Assembly: GCA_963737045.1 (NCBI GenBank)
Contig: CAVTRG010000002.1
Span: 284,858 to 348,857, forward strand
DNA from: an uncultured Acidobacteriaceae bacterium
GTDB taxonomy: Bacteria; Acidobacteriota; Terriglobia; Bryobacterales; Bryobacteraceae
Reading direction: 5' to 3'
DNA: 64,000 nucleotides
In this document: positions 47,014 through 57,069 of the stretch, piece by piece
Layout of the letters: every line of letters starts with the position of its first letter
Position numbering within the stretch: position 1 is the stretch's first letter
Notes under the pieces: generated by a model
The model's input: the letters and a program-made list of their open reading frames with translations, nothing else
Databases searched by the model: none
What the model was told of the DNA's origin: nothing
Program-made: the position numbers and the translations under genes

Positions 47014-47815
47014 TCCGTTTCGCGTGATTCAACCAAGTGAGAAACTGCCCCACCGCAGCAACATCGGGCAAAAAGTATTGCGCTGTTGTTTCGCCGGGTT
47101 CCCCGACTTTGATGGTAATCCCTTCGGGAATCGCAGCAAACCCGTCCTCATCGGTAACGTCATCGCCGATATAAATCGGGACCGATCCCGCGGGGAGCAC
47201 TTCTCGCGCGATCCACTTCACGGCGTGACCCTTATTCCAGGTGATTTGAGGGCGAACTTCGAGAACCATTTTGCCTTCGCGGCAACTGAAGGAACGTGAA
47301 CGGCTGACCGTGCTATGCGTTACGCTTCGCACCCACTCGTGTAAATGCTCCGTCACGCGCCGGAAATGGATGCTTAACGTAAGCCCCTTGTCTTCAATCT
47401 CCAGCCCATCGGTATCGCTCAGAGCGAGCTTAAGCTGCAACAAAACCGAGCGCAGCTCCCGACGCAATGCTTCGGCACGCGGCTCGCGGAAGCGCACCGT
47501 ATCAGATTCGATCTCGAGTCCATGATTGCCTGCATAGATGACGTTCGTCAGTACCACGCGATCTCGCATGTCCGACAAAGCGCGCCCACTGACAATTGCG
47601 ATGTCGAAGTCCCAGCGGCTGCCCAGCGTCCCTAAAATTGAGCAGATTCCAGCATCGAGTTTCGCTTCGGCGGGATTGGTGACGATAGGCGAGAGAGTCC
47701 CGTCAAAATCCAAGAAAAGCGAAATTCTGTGAGCAGAGACTATGCGCTCTTCGATTGCATCCAAATTCGCGAGCATCGGTATTGGAGACCGATGTACCTG
47801 CTGAAGGGAGCTCAT
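46979..47815 (-). CDS. otsB: trehalose-6-phosphate phosphatase (HAD superfamily)
   Basis: Start set at the ATG at 47815, which forms an ATGA overlap with the otsA stop. HAD motif I in LFLDFDGTLSPIV, motif IV in IYIGDDVTDEDGF. The 3' end overlaps the treS start by 35 nt. Confidence 0.85.
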   Translation of the reverse strand: MSSLQQVHRSPIPMLANLDAIEERIVSAHRISLFLDFDGTLSPIVTNPAEAKLDAGICSILGTLGSRWDFDIAIVSGRALSDMRDRVVLTNVIYAGNHGLEIESDTVRFREPRAEALRRELRSVLLQLKLALSDTDGLEIEDKGLTLSIHFRRVTEHLHEWVRSVTHSTVSRSRSFSCREGKMVLEVRPQITWNKGHAVKWIAREVLPAGSVPIYIGDDVTDEDGFAAIPEGITIKVGEPGETTAQYFLPDVAAVGQFLTWLNHAKRNALANSQRAGR

Positions 47816-49383
47816 ACGGCAACTCCTAGAGCAACGATTGAGGGCTGCTGCTCGTATTCCTGATCGGCGTGATCGGGGAACTCGATTTTGGCTAAATCCG
47901 AAAGGAATTTTCCCGCCCACCGGTATACGTTATTATGTTCTACAATCTCGCGCATCTTCCGCATTCGCCGCCGCCGGTCATCGGGCTGCATCTGCAATGC
48001 CTCACGATAAGCGCTGGCGCATTCTTCAATCGAGAACGGGTTGACTTGTAACGCGTCCTTCAGCTCATATGCGGCGCCGGCAAACTTGCTCAGAACCAAA
48101 ACGCCATCTTCATCCACTCGGCTGGCTGCAAATTCCTTGGAGACAAGGTTCATACCGTCGTGAAGCGAGCTAACGACACAGAAGTGCGCAAGGCGATGCA
48201 AGGCGATCATTTCAGAAGAAGTGTAATGGCGTTTCAGAAGTGTGATTGGGCGCCACGAAGAAGTTGCCCACCGGTGATTGATCTGTGCGGTGAGATATTC
48301 GACCTCTCGTTCGATTTGACGATACGCGGGCAGGCTGGAACGGCTGGGAACCGCTATCTGAACAAAGACAAGCTTACCCCTGTATTGAGGATCTTCTTCG
48401 AGCAGCTTGTCTAACGAGCGCAGACGTTCCGGAATCCCTTTCGTATAGTCCAGGCGATCGATCCCGATGCCTAGTAGCTTTCCACTGAGCGACAACTCTT
48501 TGCGCCAACGACGCATCTGATTCGCAACCACATCTGAATTTGCCGAATCAGCATGCTCATCGAAATCGATTCCGATCGGGAATGGACGCACGAGCGTCGA
48601 ATGCCCGCTACGGGAAATTTCCGAACCCGATTCATCTATACGGGCTTCCAAAGAGCAGTCAACGGTCTTAAGAAAGTTTTGGCAGTGGTGTGGAAGATGG
48701 AAGCCCAGGAGGTCATTCCCGAGCAGTCCATCGAGTATCTCCTCCCGCCAAGGGAATGAGCTGAAGACCTCGCGATTCGGCCAAGGGATGTGCCAGAACT
48801 GCGCTATCACGAGATTTGACCTGGCGTTTCGGAGCATTCTCGGAAGCAGCGCGAAATGATAGTCCTGGATAAAAACGAACGTTGGGCTGTCACCCGCTTC
48901 TTCGAGCACGGCTTCCGCGAAACGCTCATTTACACGGCGGTACATCTGCCAATGATCGGGATCAAATATCGGACGCGTAAACGCGACATGGCACAGCGGC
49001 CAGAGTCCCTGATTGGAAAGACCGCTATAGTGCCCCTCTTCCTCTGCGCTCGAAAGCCACACGCGCCGCAACGTGTATCGAGGGTGGTCGGGCGGCACCT
49101 CAACGTGATCCAACGCGTCAACAGTCTCCTTGTCGGCGTCAGCGTTGCCGTGGGCGATCCAGAGCCCGCCGCTTGCCTGCATTACAGGATCGAGGGCGCT
49201 CGCCATGCCGCTTGCGGGCTGAATGCACTCGATCTGACCGTTTACATGCCGGTGCTGAAAAGGCTCTCGATTCGAGACCACAATGAACCGATACCCATCG
49301 AGCTTGGTTCGGACAAACTCGCTGAGAAACTCGCGTGTCCAGACCTTCATTAAGCTCCTTTCATCCCGAATTAGATGCTCCAT
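47812..49383 (-). CDS. otsA: alpha,alpha-trehalose-phosphate synthase (GT20)
   Basis: Blocks [48 protein letters not shown], and C-terminal [13 protein letters not shown]. Confidence 0.93.
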   Translation of the reverse strand: MEHLIRDERSLMKVWTREFLSEFVRTKLDGYRFIVVSNREPFQHRHVNGQIECIQPASGMASALDPVMQASGGLWIAHGNADADKETVDALDHVEVPPDHPRYTLRRVWLSSAEEEGHYSGLSNQGLWPLCHVAFTRPIFDPDHWQMYRRVNERFAEAVLEEAGDSPTFVFIQDYHFALLPRMLRNARSNLVIAQFWHIPWPNREVFSSFPWREEILDGLLGNDLLGFHLPHHCQNFLKTVDCSLEARIDESGSEISRSGHSTLVRPFPIGIDFDEHADSANSDVVANQMRRWRKELSLSGKLLGIGIDRLDYTKGIPERLRSLDKLLEEDPQYRGKLVFVQIAVPSRSSLPAYRQIEREVEYLTAQINHRWATSSWRPITLLKRHYTSSEMIALHRLAHFCVVSSLHDGMNLVSKEFAASRVDEDGVLVLSKFAGAAYELKDALQVNPFSIEECASAYREALQMQPDDRRRRMRKMREIVEHNNVYRWAGKFLSDLAKIEFPDHADQEYEQQPSIVALGVAV

Positions 49384-49534
49384 TGTCAGGATTGTTTCGA
49401 TGCCTCGCGCAGGCGAACTTAAGTAGATAGTCTCCCGACTCAGCTAATCATAACATACTAGGAGCTCGCCTGGATCGCATCTTTTCACGTCGATTATGAT
49501 CGTGTAACTTCGGAATCGCGTCTCTCACGTATAG

Positions 49535-50140
49535 ATGGGTATGAACCTGGGAACGCTCGGTTTCGCGATGGGCTCGGCGTGGCTGTCCGGAATAAACCTA
49601 TATGCCACCGTACTAACTCTCGGACTGCTCGAACGGTTCGGGATGGTACGGTTGCCCGGCGATCTGGCGTATTTGAGTCACACCTGGATCATTGCCGTTG
49701 CAGCGGCTCTGTATGCGATTCAGTTCATCGCGGACAAGATACCCGCCGTTGACTCTGTCTGGGACGTGATTCACACGTTTATTCGCGTGCCCGCGGGCGC
49801 TATTCTTGCAGCCGCAGCTGTCGCACACTTTGATCCGAAAATCCGGCTGATTGCGTTTCTAGTGGGAGGCGGGATTGCGCTAAGCTCACACAGCGCAAAG
49901 ACTGCCACGCGAGTGGCGGCAAACGCTTCCCCTGAGCCCTTTTCAAATATCACGCTCAGCCTATTAGGTGATGCACTCACGATAGGCGGCACTCTGTTGA
50001 TGGCAGTGCATCCAGCTGTTCTCTGCGTAATAGTGCTGATTGCAGTCGTCATGTCGGCGCTGTTACTTCGCTGGATACTACGCTCCGCCAAAAGAGTGCT
50101 CGGCAATCGTGGAAGGCGGGTCAGCATCGGGCCGTCTTAA
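49535..50140 (+). CDS. DUF4126-like membrane protein
   Basis: The multi-TM protein with LYAIQFIADKIPAVDSVWDVIHTFIRVPAGAILAAA matches my recollection of the DUF4126 core. Confidence 0.65.
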   Translation: MGMNLGTLGFAMGSAWLSGINLYATVLTLGLLERFGMVRLPGDLAYLSHTWIIAVAAALYAIQFIADKIPAVDSVWDVIHTFIRVPAGAILAAAAVAHFDPKIRLIAFLVGGGIALSSHSAKTATRVAANASPEPFSNITLSLLGDALTIGGTLLMAVHPAVLCVIVLIAVVMSALLLRWILRSAKRVLGNRGRRVSIGPS

Positions 50141-50215
50141 GGCACCTCCAGCGCTAGCAAAATTCCCATCTTCCACTTCGGCAAGCGGCGGCGTCTTTAC
50201 GGTGAAAGGAACCTA

Positions 50216-51019
50216 ATGACGACATCTTCCGCAAAGCAGTTTGCCGTAGTAACCGGCGCTTCGGCCGGAATCGGCTTTGAGCTGGCCAAACAATTTGCCG
50301 AGAATGGCTTCGATCTCCTGATCGTTTCTGCCGGCGAGCGAATCAACACTGCGGCTCGCGAAATCCAGATGCTTGGCGCAAAGGTAGAACCCGTGGAAGC
50401 AGATCTTGCAACTCACGAAGGCGTCCATAAGCTCTTGTCAGCAATCCATTCGGCTGGCCGTCCACTTGACGCGGCGGCAATTAACGCGGGCGTGGGCGTG
50501 AGTGGACGCTTTATCGAAACGGACCTCGCCCAAGAGCTGAATATGGTGGCCTTGAATGTGACGGGCACGCTCCATTTGGCCAAGTACATCGTCAAAGACA
50601 TGGTGGCTCGCGGTAGCGGTCGCATTTTATTCACCGCATCGATTGCCGGCACGATGCCGACGCCCTATGAAGCGGTTTACGGCGCGACCAAAGCCTTTGT
50701 GCGCTCTCTTTCGCAAAGCCTCCGGGAGGAGTTGAAGGAGACCGGCGTGTCTGTGACGGCATTGATGCCCGGAGCAACGGAAACCGAATTCTTCCACCGT
50801 GCCGGCGCTGACGACACGAAATTGGGCGCAAGCAAAAAAGACGATCCGGCAGAAGTCGCCAAGGAAGGCTTTGAGGCCCTCATGGCAGGTAAGGATCACG
50901 TAGTCGCCGGCGCGCTAAAGAACAAACTGCAAGCCGCCGCAGGATATGCCTTACCCGATCCGCTTGTCGCAAAGGCACACGCCGCAATGTCAGAGCCGGG
51001 CTCGGCGAATAAGAAGTAA
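50216..51019 (+). CDS. short-chain dehydrogenase/reductase (SDR) family oxidoreductase
   Basis: TGASAGIG cofactor motif, NAG, and catalytic YGATKAF (YxxxK). Confidence 0.9.
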   Translation: MTTSSAKQFAVVTGASAGIGFELAKQFAENGFDLLIVSAGERINTAAREIQMLGAKVEPVEADLATHEGVHKLLSAIHSAGRPLDAAAINAGVGVSGRFIETDLAQELNMVALNVTGTLHLAKYIVKDMVARGSGRILFTASIAGTMPTPYEAVYGATKAFVRSLSQSLREELKETGVSVTALMPGATETEFFHRAGADDTKLGASKKDDPAEVAKEGFEALMAGKDHVVAGALKNKLQAAAGYALPDPLVAKAHAAMSEPGSANKK

Positions 51020-51139
51020 CTCTGCGGCTCTGCTCACCGTCCCTGCTGCTGGGCGGCAACCTAATTTACAGTTGCCGCTCGGAACCATCGGACACTAGTA
51101 CGCAATCGGACGCGCTCTAATTGCCTAGCTTCTCAGGCT

Positions 51140-52309
51140 ATGAATCGCCGGATAACAGTTTCCGTAGTGATGCCGTGCCTCAACGAAGCCGAGACGTTGG
51201 GTGTCTGTGTAAAGAAGGCGCACGCCGCAATTCGAGCTACCGGGCTTGCGGGTGAGGTCGTTGTCGCCGACAACGGCAGCACAGACGGTTCACAGGCGAT
51301 TGCTGCCCGGGAAGGAGCTCGCATCGTAGATGTCCCGATTCGCGGGTATGGCGCCGCACTCATGTCAGGCATCGAGTCCGCCAAAGGTGAATACATTCTT
51401 ATGGCGGATGCGGATGATAGCTACGATTTTGCTCACCTGCCGAGGTTCGTTGATGCCCTGAATCAGGGCGCTGATCTGGTAATGGGCAACCGGTTTAAGG
51501 GTGGAATCCGGCCGGGTGCAATGCCGTTCCTTCACAGATACCTCGGCAATCCTGTGTTGAGTTTTCTAGGGCGTTTATTTTTTCGTGCTCCGGTAAATGA
51601 TTTTCATTGCGGGCTGCGTGCTTTCAAAAAGTGCGCCATCGAGCGGCTGAATTTGCAGACAACCGGGATGGAGTATGCGAGCGAGATGGTTGTGAAGGCA
51701 AGTCTATTGGGGTTGAATATCGCGGAAGTACCTACGACGCTTTCTCCCGATGGCCGCTCGCGACCTCCGCACTTACGCACATGGCGCGACGGATGGCGTC
51801 ACCTACGATTCTTGCTCCTTTACAGTCCACGCTGGCTGTTTCTGTATCCAGGTATGTTCCTTGTGGTGACTGGATCAGTTATCACTGCGTGGTTGCTTCC
51901 CGGCCCTCGGACTATCGGGAACGTGACATTGGATGTGGACACTCTCGTGTATGCCATTGGGGCGCTGCTGGTGGGCTTTCACTTTTGTGTTTTTGCACTG
52001 GGCGCGAAAATTTTTGGAACTCAGGCGGGACTTCTCCCCAGAGATCCGGAATTTGAAAAATGGTTCCGGTACTTTAATTTGGAAACCGGTGTATCAGTGG
52101 GAATCGTGCTGCTCGTTGCCGGATTGAGCACTGCACTCTATGCGGTCTCAATTTGGCACCGATCAGGATTCGGGCAACTATTGCCGACTCAGGCGCTACG
52201 CATCACCCTTCCTTCTGTTACCGCGCTCATGCTGGGTGTCGAGGCCATCTTTGCGAGCTTTTTCTTGAGCTTGCTTGGATTGACGCGAAAGGGAAAAGAC
52301 GTCGCGTGA
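51140..52309 (+). CDS. GT2 family glycosyltransferase with C-terminal TM helices (polyprenyl-phosphate sugar synthase type, Ppm1/GtrB/ArnC-like)
   Basis: Blocks VSVVMPCLNEAETL, VVVADNGSTDGS and the DxD-type MADADDSYD, followed by four hydrophobic helices. Confidence 0.88.
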   Translation: MNRRITVSVVMPCLNEAETLGVCVKKAHAAIRATGLAGEVVVADNGSTDGSQAIAAREGARIVDVPIRGYGAALMSGIESAKGEYILMADADDSYDFAHLPRFVDALNQGADLVMGNRFKGGIRPGAMPFLHRYLGNPVLSFLGRLFFRAPVNDFHCGLRAFKKCAIERLNLQTTGMEYASEMVVKASLLGLNIAEVPTTLSPDGRSRPPHLRTWRDGWRHLRFLLLYSPRWLFLYPGMFLVVTGSVITAWLLPGPRTIGNVTLDVDTLVYAIGALLVGFHFCVFALGAKIFGTQAGLLPRDPEFEKWFRYFNLETGVSVGIVLLVAGLSTALYAVSIWHRSGFGQLLPTQALRITLPSVTALMLGVEAIFASFFLSLLGLTRKGKDVA

Positions 52310-54282
52310 GCTTCCTGCTGCTGCTCGCGTGGGGTACATGCATTTTTTGCGCCTTTCTAGGTTACGGGAGTGCGATCTTCCGTTTGTTCGGGATTAGAAG
52401 TGCACCGTGGGCGCTCACCGGCTGCACGGGCCTTGCGTTCGTAACCGCGATTGGCGGTCTGTTGAACTTGGCAGCCTGCATTACGCCCTCAGTCCTCACG
52501 AGTTTGATCGTCGCCGGAGATTTCTTCCTCTGCTGGTCTGTCTGGAGGCACACGAAGGCGTTTCCCGAGCGCGTAAGGAGAATGTTCGACGAGTTAGCAC
52601 GTAAACCGTACGCTCCCGTGCTGATGATAATGCTAATTGTTTTGGTGGCAATTCCGGTCTTTGGCAATGTTCGGGCTCGTGCCAGTTCCTTTCAGTTGGA
52701 TGATCTGGCGGCTTACCTTACTTTTCCCCCGGAGACCTTACAACTCGGCGGCCTACCGTTCGATCCCTTCAATGAGCGACGGATAACGTCCTGCTTAGGC
52801 GCACCCTATTTCCTGCAGGCTTTCATGCTCGTGCTGGGAGATGTGCGCAGCATTCCCTTTATAGACGTCTCAATCGGCTACATTCTCTATGCGGGTGTCG
52901 TTTTTAGTATCTGCCGCACGCTCGCGCTTTCATTGGCGCAATCTTTGTGCATAACGATGTTGATTTTTGTAACGCCTGTGTTTCGACTCAATTTGACGAT
53001 GGTGGTGCTCCCAGCCGCACTCTTTGCAGCACTGTTCTGGACCGAAATTTATCCGGCGTTGGGAGATCGCTTAGGATGGCGGCGTTCCGTTCTACTCGGG
53101 TCAATAGCCGCCCTCCTTTGCTCTCTGAAGTCTAACTACTTACCACCGGCTGTGCTCATCTGTCTGTTTTATTATCTGGGCATCTTTTTGATTAGACCGC
53201 GTTGGGCGCCTGTGCGACAGGTTGCAATCTTTGTTTTTACATTTCTGATCTGTATCGTGCCATGGATGCTCGATATGAAAAGAAAGGAAGGAACTTATCT
53301 CTTCCCCATACTGGGGAGAGGTTATGATGCAAGCGCCTACGGGGTAATTCCAATGCCCAGTGGCTCTCATACATTCATGGCCTCCACTTCTCTTTCAGTC
53401 TGGGTACCTGTATTGGCACTCGCTGCTCCGCTCTTCTTAGCAGCGGGAGCGGCGCTGCTTGCAGGCCGAGAACGAATCGAGCCAGAGTGGCTGCCGCTTT
53501 CGACGTTTCTCCTCTCGATGGGAATCGCCGCCCTGGCAGTTGCAGCTTCAACTGGAGGAGAGGCGATGGGCAGGTATACCGGTCCGTTCCAGATTCCCGC
53601 GCTGCTGATCTTTGCTGCATTCATCCTAAGATGGTGGCGAAATGTATCAGGCAGGCGTTCCCTCTGGCTGAAGGTTGCTGCTGCTATGCCTGCACTGGGC
53701 GTGGCATTTTTCGTTGTCGCATTTGGAGTCCGTGCCCACCAATATGTCAGGTATGCGCGTGATCTCGGCCTTCTGGCCCCGCCAACCCCGTTCGACATGG
53801 CAACTGAACACAGGAGAATCGCTGCGCTTCAGGCGGCTATACCAGATCGAGAACGTATGTTGGTGAATTTGCTCGTAAGCTTTCCATTCGACTTCAAACG
53901 TAATCGAATTTTCGTCGCAGATTTCGTCGGAATGGCAGGCCTGCCGCCTGGCATGCCCGTCGGCAAGGGCCCAGATGCGTTGAGAGCATACCTACTCGAA
54001 CACTCAATTCGCTACATTGCGTACGATTTCACCCGTATCGGCTTTAATGGCATTAGCGCCGCACGGTTACCGAACCACTTCCCTAACGCAACCCTTCAAA
54101 CTGTTTTGGCCAATCCCGCTGCATTTGGGCGCAGCAGTTGGTCAACTCTCCAAGCCAAGGTTTATGAAGACGAGCAAGATAATTTCAGGGCATTAGCGAA
54201 GAGCTATAAGCACGTTTACCAGGATCCTTACACGTACGTTTTAGATCTCGAATCGGCGCGCGGCTCTGCCTTTAAGCAGTAG
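52306..54282 (+). CDS. large polytopic membrane protein, possible GT-C-fold glycosyltransferase
   Basis: Start set at the GTG at 52306, a GTGA overlap with the GT2 stop. The upstream part of the listed ORF lies inside the GT2 gene. At least 12 predicted TM helices, an early loop with QLDDLAAY, and a soluble C-terminal domain of about 170 aa. Confidence 0.6.
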   Translation: MSFLLLLAWGTCIFCAFLGYGSAIFRLFGIRSAPWALTGCTGLAFVTAIGGLLNLAACITPSVLTSLIVAGDFFLCWSVWRHTKAFPERVRRMFDELARKPYAPVLMIMLIVLVAIPVFGNVRARASSFQLDDLAAYLTFPPETLQLGGLPFDPFNERRITSCLGAPYFLQAFMLVLGDVRSIPFIDVSIGYILYAGVVFSICRTLALSLAQSLCITMLIFVTPVFRLNLTMVVLPAALFAALFWTEIYPALGDRLGWRRSVLLGSIAALLCSLKSNYLPPAVLICLFYYLGIFLIRPRWAPVRQVAIFVFTFLICIVPWMLDMKRKEGTYLFPILGRGYDASAYGVIPMPSGSHTFMASTSLSVWVPVLALAAPLFLAAGAALLAGRERIEPEWLPLSTFLLSMGIAALAVAASTGGEAMGRYTGPFQIPALLIFAAFILRWWRNVSGRRSLWLKVAAAMPALGVAFFVVAFGVRAHQYVRYARDLGLLAPPTPFDMATEHRRIAALQAAIPDRERMLVNLLVSFPFDFKRNRIFVADFVGMAGLPPGMPVGKGPDALRAYLLEHSIRYIAYDFTRIGFNGISAARLPNHFPNATLQTVLANPAAFGRSSWSTLQAKVYEDEQDNFRALAKSYKHVYQDPYTYVLDLESARGSAFKQ

Positions 54283-54363
54283 TTTTGCGGTGTACCGACA
54301 CTCTTTAGATCGTCGTCAAAAACGCGTACCTGATTTAGGCCTGAGCCGTTCGTAGTTCCAGTT

Positions 54364-55938
54364 GTGCACGTCCCAGCGGGCGATTCGCCCACCGCGATTC
54401 CGAAACTTTTGAGAGCTTCACGCTCATCGGCGAGGAACACTCTAGCGGTTGCCGGAATCGCGGCATTTTTCTTTCTCTTTCGCTTGGGTCAACGCCCACT
54501 TCCGGATTGGGATGAGGCTTTGTATGGCGAAACGGCGAAAGAGTTTTTGCATGGCGCGCACTGGCTAATCCCATATTTCAATTACCATCCTTGGCTCGAC
54601 AAACCGCCGCTGTACGAATGGACAACCTCGCTCTTTTTTGCACTGTTCGGAGTTTCAGAGTTCTGGGAACGCGCTGCTTCGGCGCTCTGCGGGATAGCCG
54701 TTATCGTTCTGACTTACCGGTTAGCCAGCGAGATGGGCGGCCGGCGAATGGGTTGGCTTTCCGCGTCCGTGCTTCTGACCACATACGGCTTCGTTGCGCA
54801 AGCCAGAATGGGCACCACCGACGTCATGTTGACGCTGTGGCTCGTGCTAGGCGTGTACGGGATTTACCGCTTAACGGTGGATGGTGCCCGAGGCTGGTAC
54901 ATGTTTTTCATCGGACTGGCGCTCGCGGTAATGACGAAGAGCGCAGCCGCATCTCCTCTGGTCCTAACGCTTATCGTCATGACGGCCAAAAATCACTGGC
55001 GTGTATTGACGATCAACAAAAGCTGCGTGCGAGGAGCGCTGATATTTCTGGCCATCGTCATTCCCTGGCACCTGTACATGATTTTTCATCTCGGAAGGCC
55101 ATTCATCGCCGACTACTTCGTTCGGCAAATGATTTCCCGAACCGCAACTGCTCTCGAGAAGCACAGCGGCGGAATCACCTACTACGTTCGGCTTCTCAGT
55201 CTTAAAGCGTTTCCCTGGGTGATTCTGGTTGTTCTTGCTGGGGTTCGCGCAATCAAGAGTCGTCGCTTCAGAGTGATCGATTGCTTTTTCCTGGCCGTGT
55301 TTCTCGAATGTACAGTCGTTCGAACGAAGCTGGCGTGGTATATCGTTCCGATTTATCCCGCTCTGGCAATCATCGCGGCTGGGGAGATCGAACCCATCCT
55401 CATTCGGTTCCGTGCTGAAAAGCTGTTGTGGGCAGGCGTACCGGCGCTGCTTGCATGCTGGGGCTACCTGCTCTTCAATTTCGTGCCCAAAACGGTTTAT
55501 GATCGCCCACTCGTAGATCTGCTGAAACGGAATCAGGGGAAATTGGCGCCCGGCAAACTTCTGCTTTGTTCAGATAACAAGGTGATCGACCTCCCCGACG
55601 CGGATTTTTATTCGTCACGCCCTGCCCTGCAGGTCTATGTCTTTCACAAGCCGAATCGGACCCTATACGGCGCAATCGATCCCGCTAGCAATGATCCTGG
55701 ATTTCGAAATCCCATCCCTATTTCCGCAGTATCGGGCCTCGAGCAGGAACCAATTCTCATTGAGACGGATCTTGCCGCAAAGTTGCCCCAGCGTTTCGAA
55801 ATCGAACCGATTGCAAAGAACTCCCAGTATGAATTAGGGACGATCGAACCAAATTCGGAAAGCGGAAAAGGTGTATCTCCGGATCAACGCCTCGACGAGC
55901 CGAACAAGCCGCCTCCGCAGGATGACGATCCCGATTGA
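54364..55938 (+). CDS. GT39/GT83-like (PMT_2/ArnT-type) membrane glycosyltransferase
   Basis: First periplasmic loop PLPDWDEALYGETAKEF (the DE..Y motif of ArnT/PMT-type GT-C enzymes). Multi-TM core. Soluble C-terminal domain. GTG start uncertain. Confidence 0.8.
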   Translation: MHVPAGDSPTAIPKLLRASRSSARNTLAVAGIAAFFFLFRLGQRPLPDWDEALYGETAKEFLHGAHWLIPYFNYHPWLDKPPLYEWTTSLFFALFGVSEFWERAASALCGIAVIVLTYRLASEMGGRRMGWLSASVLLTTYGFVAQARMGTTDVMLTLWLVLGVYGIYRLTVDGARGWYMFFIGLALAVMTKSAAASPLVLTLIVMTAKNHWRVLTINKSCVRGALIFLAIVIPWHLYMIFHLGRPFIADYFVRQMISRTATALEKHSGGITYYVRLLSLKAFPWVILVVLAGVRAIKSRRFRVIDCFFLAVFLECTVVRTKLAWYIVPIYPALAIIAAGEIEPILIRFRAEKLLWAGVPALLACWGYLLFNFVPKTVYDRPLVDLLKRNQGKLAPGKLLLCSDNKVIDLPDADFYSSRPALQVYVFHKPNRTLYGAIDPASNDPGFRNPIPISAVSGLEQEPILIETDLAAKLPQRFEIEPIAKNSQYELGTIEPNSESGKGVSPDQRLDEPNKPPPQDDDPD

Positions 55939-57045
55939 TTACTGAGCTGGCAGCTTTGTCAACTGTTTCAGAAGCAGTAATCGCCTGTTTCGTGAAGTGC
56001 CATTCTGTGTTGCCGCACAAACGATATCTCCTCGAGCATTAATATCGTATGCTTCGCTGAGTCGCCATTCAGGCTTCGATCCAATGAGTCGATTTAGGTC
56101 GGCCATTCTGCCGTCGCGCCAAAGGAAAGCGTGGCGCACGCGGTCGTTCACGCCCGATAGGCCGACGACCTCGCCGCGATCATTCACGGCATTGGGGCGG
56201 ATCGGGTCATCGCCGAGCGAGCCGAGATCGCGCATGCGGCGGTTTTGATAGATGAAGCCGTGAATTTTTGCACCCGTTACTTCCGAGAAGCCAACGACAT
56301 CACCCGCATCGTTCACGGCTAATGCACGGCTGCGTGTTCCGCCCGGCAGCGTTCCCAAGTCTTCGAGCGCATGGCCGTTGTGAGTCCAAAGCACAGCGTG
56401 AATATTGTGCTCAGGGGTTTCGGACGCCCCCGCAATCGCACCCCGATTATTGATCGCGTTCGCTTCACTATATGTTCCGCCGTGCAGAGTTCCCAGATCG
56501 TTAAAACTGCCATGCGCGAAAAGGAACGCATGCTTGTTGTTGTCCGGGAGACTGGAAACTCCGACAACCACACCCGCATCATTGATGTCCTTCGCCTGAC
56601 TGTCCCGCCCGCCAAGGGTGCCGAGATCGGCCATTTGACCCTGGCCATAGAGAAATGCATGCGTAGTAGCGAGGCTGTCAACAAGATTCTTCCCGCTCAC
56701 TGACCAGCCGACGATTTGTCCCCGATCGTTAATCGCCCGGCTGATGCTGCTCAGATGGCCGATCAGTGTGCCTAGGTCATGCACCTGGCCGTTCTTAGAC
56801 GTACACGCATGAATCGTATCGGCGGCAGTCAGCCGCCAAAACGATATCTCATCTGAATTACTGATTCCGGCTGCGACGTCGTCCGCGACCCAGGGCAGCG
56901 GTCCGATATCGATGACCTGATACAGCGGTTGCGTTTGGGATTGCGCGGACATTGCCAGCGTCACGGCCAAGAAGGTTAGCCAAGCTAGAGGAGAATTGCT
57001 GCCGCAGCGATGTCGCCGATGCATCTGCGTCATCGTTATCAACAC
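55939..57045 (-). CDS. secreted HAF-family extracellular repeat protein
   Basis: Signal-like N-terminus. About seven repeats of the HAF pattern (HAFLY..GQMADLGTLGG..S.A.DIND.G.VVG, HAFLFAHGSFNDLGTLHGG, HAVLWTHNG..EDLGTLPGG, HGFIYQNRRMRDLGSLG, HAFLWRDGRMADL). The start could be one of the internal Met codons at residues 5 or 8. Confidence 0.8.
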   Translation of the reverse strand: MLITMTQMHRRHRCGSNSPLAWLTFLAVTLAMSAQSQTQPLYQVIDIGPLPWVADDVAAGISNSDEISFWRLTAADTIHACTSKNGQVHDLGTLIGHLSSISRAINDRGQIVGWSVSGKNLVDSLATTHAFLYGQGQMADLGTLGGRDSQAKDINDAGVVVGVSSLPDNNKHAFLFAHGSFNDLGTLHGGTYSEANAINNRGAIAGASETPEHNIHAVLWTHNGHALEDLGTLPGGTRSRALAVNDAGDVVGFSEVTGAKIHGFIYQNRRMRDLGSLGDDPIRPNAVNDRGEVVGLSGVNDRVRHAFLWRDGRMADLNRLIGSKPEWRLSEAYDINARGDIVCAATQNGTSRNRRLLLLKQLTKLPAQ

Positions 57046-57069
57046 TGGCTCGAAGTGTGTGACTCGATT

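Noticed and set aside
51053-51078. An 8-bp perfect stem (GCGGCAAC-N10-GTTGCCGC) after the SDR gene.
   Set aside because: It could be a terminator, but no T tract follows, so it is not reported as a feature.
52153-52305. The N-terminal 51 codons of the listed 709-aa ORF.
   Set aside because: This segment lies inside the GT2 gene in another frame. A GTG at 52306, overlapping the GT2 stop, begins the hydrophobic protein proper.
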